Below are positions 23,791-36,326 of a stretch of DNA of 49,667 bases, piece after piece. This DNA is from Octopus bimaculoides. Lineage: Eukaryota. Within the stretch, counting starts at the first letter, position 1; each line of letters opens with the position of its first letter. Both the position numbers and the translations under genes were made by a program. The stretch covers positions 39,984,021 to 40,033,687 of the forward strand of contig NC_069000.1 of the NCBI RefSeq assembly GCF_001194135.2, in the 5' to 3' direction. The notes below the pieces were generated by a model. It did no database searches and was not told the origin of the DNA. It was given only the letters and a program-made list of their open reading frames with translations.

Positions 23791-24584
23791 AGTAGAACCG
23801 AAATACACATACATACACACACATGCTTTAACTGCCTATACACACACATGCTCACACGAATGCATACCATTTTACCTCATAAATTATGTTAATTATCATA
23901 GCAGAACTGCTCTACATAAATATGCCTGTTCCAATTTATTCCTGAAGCATTCAAAGGTCACACACACACACATGTGTGTGTTTGCACGCATGCATATGTG
24001 CATGCATACACATACGTACGTATACACACACACACACATGTATACATGCACATACATTTACATACACATGTATGCACACACACATATGTATACACACACA
24101 CATACATATACACATGCATACATATACACACATGTATACACACACATACATATACGCACTCACATTTACACACGCGCACATACATATACGCACTCGTTTA
24201 CACACACATACGTACACCCACACATACATTTACACATGCATACATATACACACATGTATACACATGCACACATGTATACACGCATACATAACACACACAC
24301 ATGTATTCACACACATACATATACACACACACACATACGTATACACATACATATGTATACACACACATACACACACACCCATATCTAGGAGATATATCAT
24401 TATGTCATGTTACATACTTAAGCAACATTAACTCCAGGCTCTGTACCAGAATCTTAACCTCTCTTCTAGAAATCTGTGGTATTTCATGAGAAAGGAGAGA
24501 CACATCAACTCATATCCAGCCTAAATATTCAACAGACAAGCTCAGGCCTCTCACTCCTAGCCTGCAATGTCATCCTTAAAATAA

Positions 24585-24810
24585 ACAGGCAAGCTGGTAG
24601 AATGATTAGCATGCCGGGCAAAATGCTTAGCGGTATTTCGTCTGCCATTACGTTTTGAGTTCAAATTCCGCCGAGGTCGACTTTACCTTTCATCCTTTCG
24701 GGGTCGATTAGATAAGTACCAGTTATGCACTGGGGTCGATGTAATCGACTTAATCCCTTTGTTTGTCCTTGTTTGTCCCCTCTATGTTTAGCCCCTTGTG
24801 GGCAGTAAAG
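24585..24810 (+). mobile_element. tRNA-derived SINE (family E)
   Basis: gctggtagaatgattagcatgccgggc...gagttcaaattccgccgaggtcgac...ggggtcgat. Further copies at 33500-33810, 36760-36975, 43020-43160 and 43300-43440. Confidence 0.85.
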
Positions 24811-24919
24811 ACACAAACAGTCACATTATCAAATTCTCAAAACCACAAGATAATACATTGATTACATTAATTACATTATTTACATCTGACGAATATTTCT
24901 CCTCATCTTGTTTGTTGTT

Positions 24920-24965
24920 AACACAACATTTCGGCTGATATAATCTCCAGCCTCCATCAGGTGTC
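24920..24965 (-). ncRNA. Minimal type I hammerhead ribozyme motif (partly mutated) in a Penelope-like remnant 24840-25012
   Basis: Minus strand GACAC-CUGAUGG-A-GGCUG(10 nt)CAGCC-GAAA-UGUU^GUGUU. Helices I and II are intact; two core substitutions relative to CUGAUGA...GAAACGUU. Confidence 0.68.
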
Positions 24966-25046
24966 TTGGGGAAATTTCAAACCTGGGTTCTCATTCCTAA
25001 GGTATTTTTCAGTGTTGTTATCATTATTATTATTATTATTATTATT

Positions 25047-25207
25047 GCCTTTGCATAGCCTCTAATGCTAGAGATGTACTACGGTGTCAGCTGTTCACTA
25101 CCAGTGAACTAAGGTAACACCTCTTATTTTTCAAGCACCTTCCGGAGTATTCAAACGGTTCCAAGCAGTGCTGTTTTCTGCAAGTGGTCCACCCTTATTG
25201 CAGCTCC
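25047..25207 (-). mobile_element. 5'-truncated R4/Dong-clade non-LTR retrotransposon 3' end in (TAA)n
   Basis: Minus-strand 25207-25124 translates GAAIRVDHLQKTALLGTV*ILRKVLEK*, matching the R4/Dong C-terminal motif QKxxLLGTARILRKVL. Flanked by (ATT)n on both sides. Confidence 0.8.
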
Positions 25208-25668
25208 TATTATTATTGTTATTATTATTATTATTATTATTTTCCTGAGTCTACTCATTCCACATCTTCCCTTCACAAATAGAGACCGGCACCTCTTGTA
25301 TATATATTAGTACGATACAAATAAGATGATAATTTTCTACGAATGCAGAAACGCCATTAAAACAGCAGAAATATTGGGTAAATTAACTTTACAAATTGAA
25401 AAGATTTGTCAACAAATTTGTAGGGGTTTCATATTCAATCAACACTTCGGCTCAAGCCAAATCCTTTATCAAACTAATTAGTATGAAGATGTTGTTGTTG
25501 TTGCTCATAGGGAGGGTAGTAATCTCTGCTGTGTGTTGGTTTTCCTGGCAATGTAGAGTACTGAAGGCTTTAGTGTTGGTGTTAGGGGTATGTGCAGAAT
25601 TTTAGAGTATGTAAGCAATGGTGACTGATGAGACTAACCAGTCAAGATTCCACCTGTGATATATATAT

Positions 25669-25738
<70 letters not shown>

Positions 25739-26520
25739 ATATATAAACATGCACTTCAGACTCCACCCAACCCATTAACGTACCCTCAGCTCCCTAGACT
25801 GAATGTAGGGTAATTAACGGGTTTTGTATGGTGTAAGGATAATAAGGTTGGAGGTGAGGGTGGTAGGGGTTGGTGGAAGAGAGATTAATACTTTCAATCC
25901 CTGCAGCATTTGTGTGTGTGTGTGTGTGTGTGTATGTGTGTGTGTATCTGTGTGCGTATGTGTTTGCGTCTGTGTGTAGTATGTGTGTGATCTATGCTTG
26001 GTGTGTAGTATGTGTGTGTGTGAGAGCGAGCTTCTGTGGATGGTATGTCAATGTGCGTAAGTGTGTGTGTGTGTGTGTGAATGTGTATGTGATATGGTTG
26101 TTCTCACGATTGTGCATGCTATCTTGTATATGTGATGCAGGTTTTCACTGTAATGCTGTGTGTGTGTGTGTGTGTGTTGTATATATATATATATGTATAT
26201 ATATGTTTGTGTGCCTGTGTTTGTCCCCCGCAACATCGCTTAACAACCAATGCTGGTGTGTTTATGTCCCCGTAACTTAGCAGTCCGGCGAAAGAGACCG
26301 ATAGAATAAGTACTAGGCTTACAAAGAATAAGTCCTGGGGTTGATTTGCTCGACTAAAAGGCGGTGCTCTAGCATGGCCACAGTCAACTGACTGAAACAA
26401 ATAAAAGAGTAAAGATATATATATATACATATATACCAGAGTAAGCACATGCAATGTGCAACAAGGTGGAAAAAAGAGTACTCAAATACCAGAGGTAGAG
26501 TAATATGCTCCATTTCTAAC

Positions 26521-26566
26521 AAAACTGTCCGATGAACGGGAACGTGAAACTCAGAGTAACGGTTTT
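26521..26566 (+). ncRNA. Type I hammerhead ribozyme (U4C variant) within element 26436-26597
   Basis: AAAACUGU-CCGAUGA-ACG(GGAA)CGU-GAAAC-UCAGA-GUA^ACGGUUUU: 8-bp helix I, GNRA-capped helix II and a 3-bp helix III. Confidence 0.8.
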
Positions 26567-26604
26567 TTTGTTATATTTCTGCTGCTTTTAAATAAAGTAT
26601 ATAC

Positions 26605-26714
<110 letters not shown>

Positions 26715-27261
26715 GTATATACGATGGGCTTCTTTCAGTTTCTGTTTCCCAAGTCCGCTCTCAAGGCTTTCGTCGGCTTGAGTCTATAGCAGAAGACACT
26801 TGCCAAGGTGCCACACGCAGTGGGACTGAACCCAGAATCACCACACAGCTGCAGCACCCACCTTGAAGAATTTTAGTCAAACAAATTAACCCCTGTACAT
26901 TTTTATTCTCTCTAAATCTTGTACTTATTCTATCAGTCTCTTTTGCTGTACCGCTAAGTAAACACACCAACACTGACTGTCAGGCAGTCGTATGGGACAA
27001 ACACAGGCTCCTCAAAAGTCTCTATAAATATTACTTCACCGCAGGCTACTTGAAGCACTTTAACTAAAGAGGTTTTTTAAATGAAAGCTCTCATGTTTTC
27101 TCAATGTTTCCTCAAGTATGTACGGAGTCGGTGTTCCTCGTAAATCACGTCAAATCCTCCATTGGAGCCGAGAGATCCTGTTTGTTGTTTCGTCCTCTGG
27201 TTTACCGGCTTTGGTCCAGAAAGAGAACAATAAGTGGATTCAGATGTACTGGCTCCTTAAA

Positions 27262-27795
27262 TGTCACTGCCACTACCACCACCACTATCATCATCAACAC
27301 CACCACCACCACCACCACTATCATCATCAACACCACCACCACTATTATCATCATCACCACCACCACCACCACCATCATCATCATCACCACCATCATCATC
27401 ATCACCACTATCATCATCATCACCACNNNNNNNNNNTCATCATCACCACCATCATCATCATCACCACTATCATCATCATCACCACCACCACCACCACCAC
27501 CACTATCATCATCATCACCACCACCACTACCACCACTATTATCATCATCACCACCACCACCATCACCATCATAACCACCACTATCATCACCATTATCACC
27601 ATCACCACCACTGCCGCCACTGGTACCATCTCCAGCATCACCGCCTCCCCTACCACCACCATCGTTCATCTCCATTACCATCACCACTACTACTACCGTC
27701 ACCACCTCCACTTCCACCATCATCGTCGTCTCCATTACCACCACCACCACCACCATCAATATCTCCATCACCATCACCACCACCACCGCTGCCAC
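27262..27795. repeat. (CAT/CAC)n trinucleotide field
   Basis: Directly visible; source of the poly-His/Thr/Pro pseudo-ORFs. Confidence 0.95.
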
Positions 27796-28221
27796 CATTT
27801 TTGCTTCCTACTCTTGACCATGTACTGAGTCACTTTTCGAGAAAAACCCTTCCATGAGTTCATTGACGTCTTGTGTGGTTTCAGGAAAAACCACTTCTGA
27901 AATGCAACTAATTCTTCTATTTTTCTTCTTTCCTTTTTTTTGCTTTCAATTGCTTTGAACTGATGGGGAAAAAATTGCTCTTTGTTTGGCTTCAAACTAC
28001 AGTCTGACTGACTATTAAAATATATATATATCCAACCCATGCTAGCATGGAAAGCGGACATTAAACGATATATATAGGTGAAGTATATTTGCCGCTTAAA
28101 TGTGGCTGACCCCTAAGGGTGGATGTTACTGTTGCTTTTAGCCCCAGGAGAACATCTCCTCCAGCTGGCTATTGACACACATCTGTGTCCTGTCTGTATT
28201 TGTAAAGGGAAGTCATCCTTC

Positions 28222-28262
<41 letters not shown>

Positions 28263-28296
28263 TGATGATGATATATACATATATATATATATAACT

Positions 28297-28740
28297 ACAT
28301 GGTTCTGGGTTCAGTCCTACTGTGTGGCACCTTGGGCAAGTGTCTTCTAGTATAGCCTTAGGCCGACCAAAGCCTTGTTAGTGGATTTGGTAGACGGAAA
28401 CTGAAAGAAGCCCATCGTGTGTGAGAAGACCTGTTGAGTCAAGTAAAACCAATATCGTAGCTGTGGCCAGTGCCCACAGACTGGCTCCTATGCTAGTGGC
28501 ACGTAAAAAGGACCATCCGAATGTGGTCGATGCCAGGTCCGCTAGTCTGGTACCCATGCCGGTGGCACATAAAAGCACTCAGTACACTCTCGGACTGGTT
28601 GGCGTTAGGAAGAGCATTCGGCTGTAGAAACTTTTCCAAATCAGATTGGAGCCTGGTGTAGCCATCTGGTTCACCAGTCCTCAGTCAAATCGTCCAACTC
28701 ATGCTAGCATGGAAAGCAGACGTTAAACGATGATGATGAT

Positions 28741-28741
<1 letters not shown>
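28297..28741 (+). mobile_element. Composite SINE: family A head joined to family B body and tail
   Basis: Family A head and CORE-like segment to about 28400, then gagaagacctgttgagtcaag, two 66-bp units and the tail ggaaagcagacgttaaacgatgatg. Confidence 0.8.
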
Positions 28742-28783
<42 letters not shown>

Positions 28784-29556
28784 GGGTACAGGATGTCATC
28801 AACAGTAAACAACATGAAATACAAAAACAAATAAGTTAAATAAGCAAATAACGAGTTAAATGTTAGTGTAGGGGTTAGGTGTGAGAGGTCAGATATGGAC
28901 GGTTTAAATGTAAAACATGTAGAATATCTGAGCTGGATTTAGCCAGTTTGAATACTAAAGAGTTAAGTCATTTATCAGAAAACATGCATGACAATAATCT
29001 AGGAATTCTTTCTTGGAAAACTTTGCCTGAGGAAGCATTTTTCTTTGTTTTATAGTTTTTTGGGGTTTTTTTTTTGTAAGTTTTCCATTACTCACCATCA
29101 AGTGGACATTTTCTTCAACTATAAGGGTTAGCCAGCATTGTGAAGAAAACTTTGGAAAAATCAAGTTACATCTGCAATTTGTTTGAATTGAATAGAACTA
29201 TGCCTTAAGTAGACAGCTGTAGGAATTTTGTGTAGTTAATATTTACAAATGAATTATTAATATATTGAAATAAATGCAGGAGATTGTATGATATGAGAAA
29301 ATATCTGACAGCTTTTGAATTTCTTATGATATCAATATACAAGGACGTGTTCACTTCAATACCAACACTCTGGTTTTCTCTTCATTTGTGAACCACATTT
29401 ATAAAACTTCTAAGCATCTCTGCCAACAATGGACCAATGTTTTTCTCTTTTGCACTGTGATTTAAAACCAACACACACACACACATACATACATACACAC
29501 ACACATACATACATACATACATACATACACACACACATACATACATACACACACAC

Positions 29557-29589
<33 letters not shown>

Positions 29590-29615
29590 TATATATATGT
29601 GTGTGTGTGTATATG

Positions 29616-29646
<31 letters not shown>

Positions 29647-29649
29647 ATA

Positions 29650-30020
29650 TTGTTGTTGGTACTCCGTCGCTTACGACGTCGAGGGTTCCAGTTGATCAGA
29701 TCAATGGAACAGCCTGATCGTGAAATTAACGTGCAAGTGGCTGAGCACTCCACAGACACATGTACCCTTAACGTAGTTCTCGGGGAGATTCAGCGTGACA
29801 CAGTGTGACAAGGCTGACCCTTTTGAATTACAGGCACAACAGAAACAGGAAGTAAGAGTGAGAGAAAGTTGTGGTGAAAGAGTACAGCAGGGTTCGCCAC
29901 CATCCCCTGCCGGAGCCTTGTGGAGCTTTTAGGTGTTTTCGCTCAATAAACACTCACAACGCCTGGTCTGGGAATCGAAACCGCGATCCTATAACCGCGA
30001 GTCCGCTGCCCTAACCACTG
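29650..30020 (-). mobile_element. Family C SINE
   Basis: Reverse complement of the 20232-20601 family. Confidence 0.9.
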
Positions 30021-31419
30021 TGACCATACTGGAGCACCTCTCAATAGGTTTAGTCGAACAAACTGTCCCTAGTACTTAGTCCTTATTTTTTTTAAGTTAC
30101 CAGCCATGCCTGGTAACACAAAAAAAAAACTTAATAATGTCTCCTTACCATTTCTCTGACCACTGCAACCATTCACTCGTGTAGCTGACCGTCAAACTTG
30201 GCACCGGCTTAACTTTCGTAATCCAAATGACATTCACTGATTGCATTGCTAATTAGTGAGTCTTGGAGTTCTCTGCTATGACTCTGCTGTGTCTGCTGCA
30301 AATTAAAACAACAATACATAGACATTCGTTCACCAAGTAATTACATACTCTTAATTAGTTTATTTATTAGTTTTCCTTTCTTTGTTTTTTTTTGTTTTGT
30401 TTCTTTCTTATTGCTTTTACTTATTAATTAGATTTTATGACTTAATATTTCACCATCATTATCGCCATAACCACCACCACCACCACCACCACTACAACAA
30501 CCACAACCGCCTTTACTGTCACTGCTGCTGCTGCTGCTGCCACCACCCTGACCTCCACCGAGGCTGCCATCACAACCACCATCACCACTATCACTGCTAC
30601 AACCGCNNNNNNNNNNNNNNNNNNNNNNNNNNNNNNNNNNNNNNNNNNNNNNNNNNNNNNNNNNNNNNNNNNNNNNNNNNNNNNNNNNNNNNNNNNNNNN
30701 NNNNNNNNNNNNNNNNNNNNNNNNNNNNNNNNNNNNNNNNNNNNNNNNNNNNNNNNNNNNNNNNNNNNNNNNNNNNNNNNNNNNNNNNNNNNNNNNNNNN
30801 NNNNNNNNNNNNNNNNNNNNNNNNNNNNNNNNNNNNNNNNNNNNNNNNNNNNNNNNNNNNNNNNNNNNNNNNNNNNNNNNNNNNNNNNNNNNNNNNNNNN
30901 NNNNNNNNNNNNNNNNNNNNNNNNNNNNNNNNNNNNNNNNNNNNNNNNNNNNNNNNNNNNNNNNNNNNNNNNNNNNNNNNNNNNNNNNNNNNNNNNNNNN
31001 NNNNNNNNNNNNNNNNNNNNNNNNNNNNNNNNNNNNNNNNNNNNNNNNNNNNNNNNNNNNNNNNNNNNNNNNNNNNNNNNNNNNNNNNNNNNNNNNNNNN
31101 NNNNNNNNNNNNNNNNNNNNNNNNNNNNNNNNNNNNNNNNNNNNNNNNNNNNNNNNNNNNNNNNNNNNNNNNNNNNNNNNNNNNNNNNNNNNNNNNNNNN
31201 NNNNNNNNNNNNNNNNNNNNNNNNNNNNNNNNNNNNNNNNNNNNNNNNNNNNNNNNNNNNNNNNNNNNNNNNNNNNNNNNNNNNNNNNNNNNNNNNNNNN
31301 NNNNNNNNNNNNNNNNNNNNNNNNNNNNNNNNNNNNNNNNNNNNNNNNNNNNNNNNNNNNNNNNNNNNNNNNNNNNNNNNNNNNNNNNNNNNNNNNNNNN
31401 NNNNNNNTATATATCATCA

Positions 31420-31720
31420 TCATCATCATCATCATCGTTTAACGTCCGCTTTCCATGCTAGCATGGGTTGGACGATTTAACTGAGGACTGGTGAACCATA
31501 TGGCTACACCAGGCTCCAATCTGATTTGGCAGAGTTTCTCCAGCTGGATGCCATTCCTAATGCCAACCACTCCGAGAGTGTAGTGGGTGCTTTTACGTGC
31601 CACCAGTACGAAGGCCAGTCAAGCGGTACTGGCAACGGCCACGCTCAAAATGGTGTATTTTACGTGCCACCTGCACAGGAGCCAGTCTGTGGGCACTGGC
31701 AACAACCAGTGCCATACACA
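31420..31720 (-). mobile_element. Family B SINE 3' part
   Basis: The reverse complement has the 66-bp units, ggaatggcatccagctgg and the tail ggaaagcggacgttaaacgatgatg. Confidence 0.85.
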
Positions 31721-33859
31721 CACACATATATTGCCATGTATCTCATTTACGGCAGTACACCTTTTACTGTCCTCATTCCTGCTCTCTCTCTCTCTCTCCT
31801 TCTTTTTCTCTCTCACAGGCCAGGTAACCTTGTACCTCCTCTTCAGCAGGACACCTGTTTTCATCTCTCTGCCTCACTATAACCTTTCATCATATGACAT
31901 GAGATCATCTCTTCTAATGCCCCGTCCCCTCTCAAAAGATTTTTGTCTTGCAAGTTACTTAGGTGCCACTTAAAAAGCGTCCAGTCCACACTGTAAAGTG
32001 GTTGGCATTTGGAAGGGCATCCAGCTGTAAAAAACATGCTAAAACTGACCTCAGTCCACTCTGCTGGGTGGTTAATGTTAGGAAGGGCATCCAGCCATAA
32101 AAACCCTGCCGAAACACACGCAGAAGTCAAGCGCAGGCTGCTTCCTGGCTGGTGTCCTGTCAAACCGTCCCACCCATGCCAGCATGAAGACAGATGTTAA
32201 ACGATTATGATGATGATGATGATGATGATGGTGATGGTTGCTTGCCCACTGCCATCCTAGGCCTCTGCTTCTCCAGGCACAAAACTGGTTTCTGGTTCAG
32301 CTACCAAGAAATAAGCTCTCTCTCTCTTAGGAATAAGCATCTTTTGCAATGCTTCTCATGAAGCATTGCCCCACTCTAGATCTCTGATCTCTTGCCAAAA
32401 TACCAGTTATATCTTCTTTTATCTTGTATTACCTATGTGCTTCAGTCATCGGACTGTGGCCATGCTGGGGCACCACCTTGAAGTGTTTTAATTAAAACAA
32501 ATCAACCCCAGCACATTATTCCTTTCCCTTACTTATTATTTTCTTTTCAGTCGGGTACTTATTCTATTGGGCTCCTTTGCTGGACTGCTAAGGTACGGGA
32601 ATGTCAGCAAACCAACACCGGTTGCCAGGTAGTGTGTGTGTNNNNNNNNNNGGAACAAACACAATGACACATGGTTTCAGGTTCAGTCTCACTGCATGGC
32701 ACCTTGCGCAAGAATCTTCTACTATATCCTGGTAGAAAGAAACTGAAAGAAGCCCATCATGTGTGTGTGTGTGTTTGTGTTTATTCTTTCTTTTTTATAT
32801 TCTTTTATATGTTTCAGTATGGCATGGGTGACTGCTGGGTTTCCATAAACAACCCTTTCCCAGACTTGTACGTAGGAGGGGAACTTTCTAGGTGCAAACC
32901 CACGGTCCTTCTTGACCAAAGGATGTCTTTACCCCCTTTTAACCCTTTTAATTAATACCAGTGACACAACAGAAGTGTTTAGCACATTGTGCAGTCCTGG
33001 AGTAGTAGTAGTAGTAGTAGCAGCAACAGTATTGTTGTTGTTGTAAAAAAAGCAATGGAGTTACAGAAATGCTAATACGACCGGATTCAATTTCTTTATA
33101 TTACATCTGATAATCTTTTATGCAAAACTCCAAAATCTGAAATTTTGTTTGAAGTGAAGCACCATAAATGGTTAAGGTAAAAAAATAATTTAAAAAAAGC
33201 ACCGAAAAGAGTTTAAAAGACAAAAAAAAAAAGAAAAAAAAAGTAAAAAGGTGTGGGTTAAAGGTGAGCAGAGAAACGAAAACAGTAAAACATGAAAGGA
33301 ATGTGTAGCAGTTTTATGCGGTTGTTAAAATGGAGTGATTTTGTTTTGAGGAAAAGCAAAGCCTCGTCAAAGCGAAACCGTTATATGTCATGCAACACTG
33401 GACTGGCACCAAACACAGTTGTGTAGCCGGAGGGTCAGAAGGAGTGGGGTCTACCCCGGGGAATATTTTTATAGGGGTTGTACTTTTGAGTCTACTGTAT
33501 GAAAGGCCGACTTTGTTTTACATCCTTTCAGGGTTGGTAGATTAAGTACCAGTTACGCACTGGGGTCGATGTAATTGTCCTAACCCCTTCGTCCAAAATT
33601 TCAGGCCTTGTGTCCCGTGTGAACTGGCAGAATCGTTGGCACGCTGGACGAAAATGCTTTGTGGTATTTCTCCCATTGCTACGTTCTGAGTTCAAATTCC
33701 GCCGAGGTCAACGTTGCCTTTCATCCTTTCAGGGTCGATGTAATAAGTACCAGTCATGCACTGAGGTTGATTTAATGGACTTACTCGCTGCCCCGAAATT
33801 GCTGGCTTTGTGGCTGCTACAAGTGTCACATGACCAGCCCATTTAAAAGTAGCCTTGAA

Positions 33860-34385
33860 TTGTGCTTGAGAAGACCTGTTGAGTCAAGTGAAATCATAGT
33901 CGTGGTCGATGCCAGTGCTGCCTGACTGGTGCCCTGTGCCAGTAGTACATAAAAAGCATCATCTGAACATGGTCGATGCCAATGCCACCTGACTGGCACC
34001 CATGATGGTGGCACGTAAAAAGCACCATCCGAACATGGTCGATGCCAACGCTGCCTGACTGGCACCCGTGATGGCGGCACATAAGAAGCACCATCTCAAC
34101 ATGGTTAATGCCAGCATTACCTGACTGGCTCCCCATGTCAGTGGCACATAAAAAGCACCATTCAAGCGTGGTCCGATGCCTGTAGTAACTAACCTGCTCC
34201 TGTGCTGGTGGCACATAAAAAACACCCACTACACTCTCGGAGTGGTTGGCATTAGGAAAGGCATCCAACTGTAGAAACCTCGCCAGATCAGATTGGAGCC
34301 TGGTGCAGCCTTCTGGCTTGCCAGTCCTCAGTCAAACCATCCAACCCATGCCAGCATGGAAAACGGACGTTAAACGACAACGATA
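33860..34385 (+). mobile_element. Family B SINE with five internal ~66-bp tandem units
   Basis: Units start at about 33902, 33969, 34035, 34101 and 34168, followed by the conserved ggaaagggcatcc block and the ggacgttaaacga tail. Confidence 0.9.
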
Positions 34386-34957
34386 ATGATTTCTAACAAT
34401 AGTTATCATCCTAATATTGGTAGAAATTTGTATGGAAAGATTACGATATTATTACTGACATGTTTTGGAGACTGTAACCCCGTAAAAGGGCCAGAAAAAT
34501 CAATAGTTTTTTTTGATTTTTTTTCCTGCTGATTTCCAAACAATTGTACATTTATAAAATGGGAGGAATTTTAACTTAGAATGTGGAAGAATGGAACTAA
34601 ATACTATAGTGACCTACCATTTCTGCTGCACCATTGCATTTTTCAAATCAACTACAACAACAAAAAAACACAACACCAATAATAATAATAATAAATAATA
34701 TCAATAATAATAATAACAATGGTGGTGGTGATAAGGATATGAGAAGCAATAATAAACAACAAAACTAGTCACAGCAATTGCTGCAGTTTTAATACCAGCG
34801 ATAATGAAGTCCTGGCTGTTTACTATATATGTATATATATACATACATATATATGTGTGTATGTATGTATGTAGGTGTGTATGTATCTTCCTGGCATTCA
34901 ACAACAGCGTACATATATAATTATATGCCAGCCACATCTGGCATTGTTTAGCTTTAC

Positions 34958-35047
34958 CAAATCTCCATGGAGACACTGGAAGATCTTATCCACTATTCCA
35001 GTGGGGAGTTTGGTTTCAGCTATCTGCAAGACGATGGCATTCTGTCT
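34958..35047 (-). CDS. Candidate internal exon of an unidentified gene (RQNAIVLQIAETKLPTGIVDKIFQCLHGDL); strand ambiguous
   Basis: Minus-strand acceptor ttttttgcttccttacccccactgcag|, donor TTG|GTAAAG, 90 nt, phase 0-0, only one minus frame open. An alternative plus-strand exon 34952-35058 (tttag|...GG|GTAAGG) also exists. Confidence 0.42.
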
Positions 35048-35869
35048 CTGCAGTGGGGGTAAGGAAGCAAAAAAGCTGCACATTTCGAATCAATATTTAC
35101 TTGTCTTTGAGATGTTTGGCTGAGTTCGGGCCATAATTGCTGGTTTTCACTTTTTCTTTTCTTTTTTTCTTTTTTTTTTTTTTTTTTTTTTTTGTCGTTT
35201 TCATCCTGTGTTTGTTGCACTTTTATAGAATTTTCTCGAACAGCGATGTTCTGCAATTTGGCAGAGTATTGAAAATTAGAAGGATACGCCATTTTTATTC
35301 AATTCCACTTTGGTTTTGTCTTTCGCAATCTCTGTCTCTACACGTGTTTATTTGGAGACCACGACACTGGTACCAACGCCTACAAAACATTCATTGGATT
35401 TGCATGTCGAAATACTTGCGCAGATTTTACTATTATCATGATCATTGTTTAACGTTCTCCTTTCATGCAGGTATGGGTTGGACGGTTTGTCAGGAGCCAG
35501 CCAGGTACAAGACTACCCCAGGCTACTGTGTCTGTTTTGGCAGGGGTTTTTTTTTTTTTTTTACAGCTGGATGCCCTTCCTAACACCAACCTCTCTGCAC
35601 AGTGGAGTGAGTGTTTTTTTACATGGCGAGGGGTCAGTTTTGGCAGATTTTTGTCCTTCCAAATGCCAACCAGTTTACAATGTAGAGTGGATGCTTTTTA
35701 CAAGGCACCAGCCCTAGCAGGGTCGCCAAGTAACTTGCAAGACAAGGGATTTTGATCGGAGAAGAGGCATTGGAGTAGGGAATTTTGTGTCAGATGATCA
35801 AAGGTTAGAGTGTGACAGAAACTGAGAGGCAAAAACAAGTATCTTGCTATAGAGATGATACATGGTAAC

Positions 35870-36150
35870 CTGACCAGAGGGGGAGATAGTGGACCGAGCA
35901 TGATCGTTGCCAAGGCCTTGCTGGCTCTTGTGCCAGTGGCATGTGAAAAACAGCATTCGAGCAAGGCCGTTGTCAGTGCCGCTGGACTGGCTCCTGTGCA
36001 AGTGGCACATACAAAAAAACCCTCTGAGCGTGGCCATCACCAGTACCATCTGACTGGCCCTCATGCCGGTGGCACGTAAAGGCGCCCACTACACTCTCGG
36101 AGTGGTTGGCATTAGGAAGAGCATGGAAAGCGGACGTTAAACAATGATGA
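35870..36150 (+). mobile_element. Family B SINE fragment with three 66-bp units and an internal deletion
   Basis: Units followed by cactacactctcggagtggttggcattaggaag joined directly to gcatggaaagcggacgttaa. Confidence 0.8.
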
Positions 36151-36182
36151 TGATATGTGTGTATGTGCTATATGTATATATG

Positions 36183-36326
<144 letters not shown>

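Noticed and set aside
25332-25362. TTTT-CTACGA...GAAACGCC hammerhead-like string
   Set aside because: Core lacks G5 and helix II cannot form.
27104-27857. Poly-His/Thr/Pro ORFs
   Set aside because: Translation of a (CAT/CAC)n field; open in several frames with no splice or domain support.
29085-29180. Minus-strand donor ATG|GTGAGT with an upstream open frame
   Set aside because: No convincing in-phase acceptor or homology.
31825-31860. Minus-strand CTGAAGA followed by a hairpin
   Set aside because: No GAAA after the stem.
33902-34226. CRISPR-like array appearance
   Set aside because: Units are contiguous tandem copies without unique spacers, lie inside a eukaryotic SINE, and there are no cas genes.
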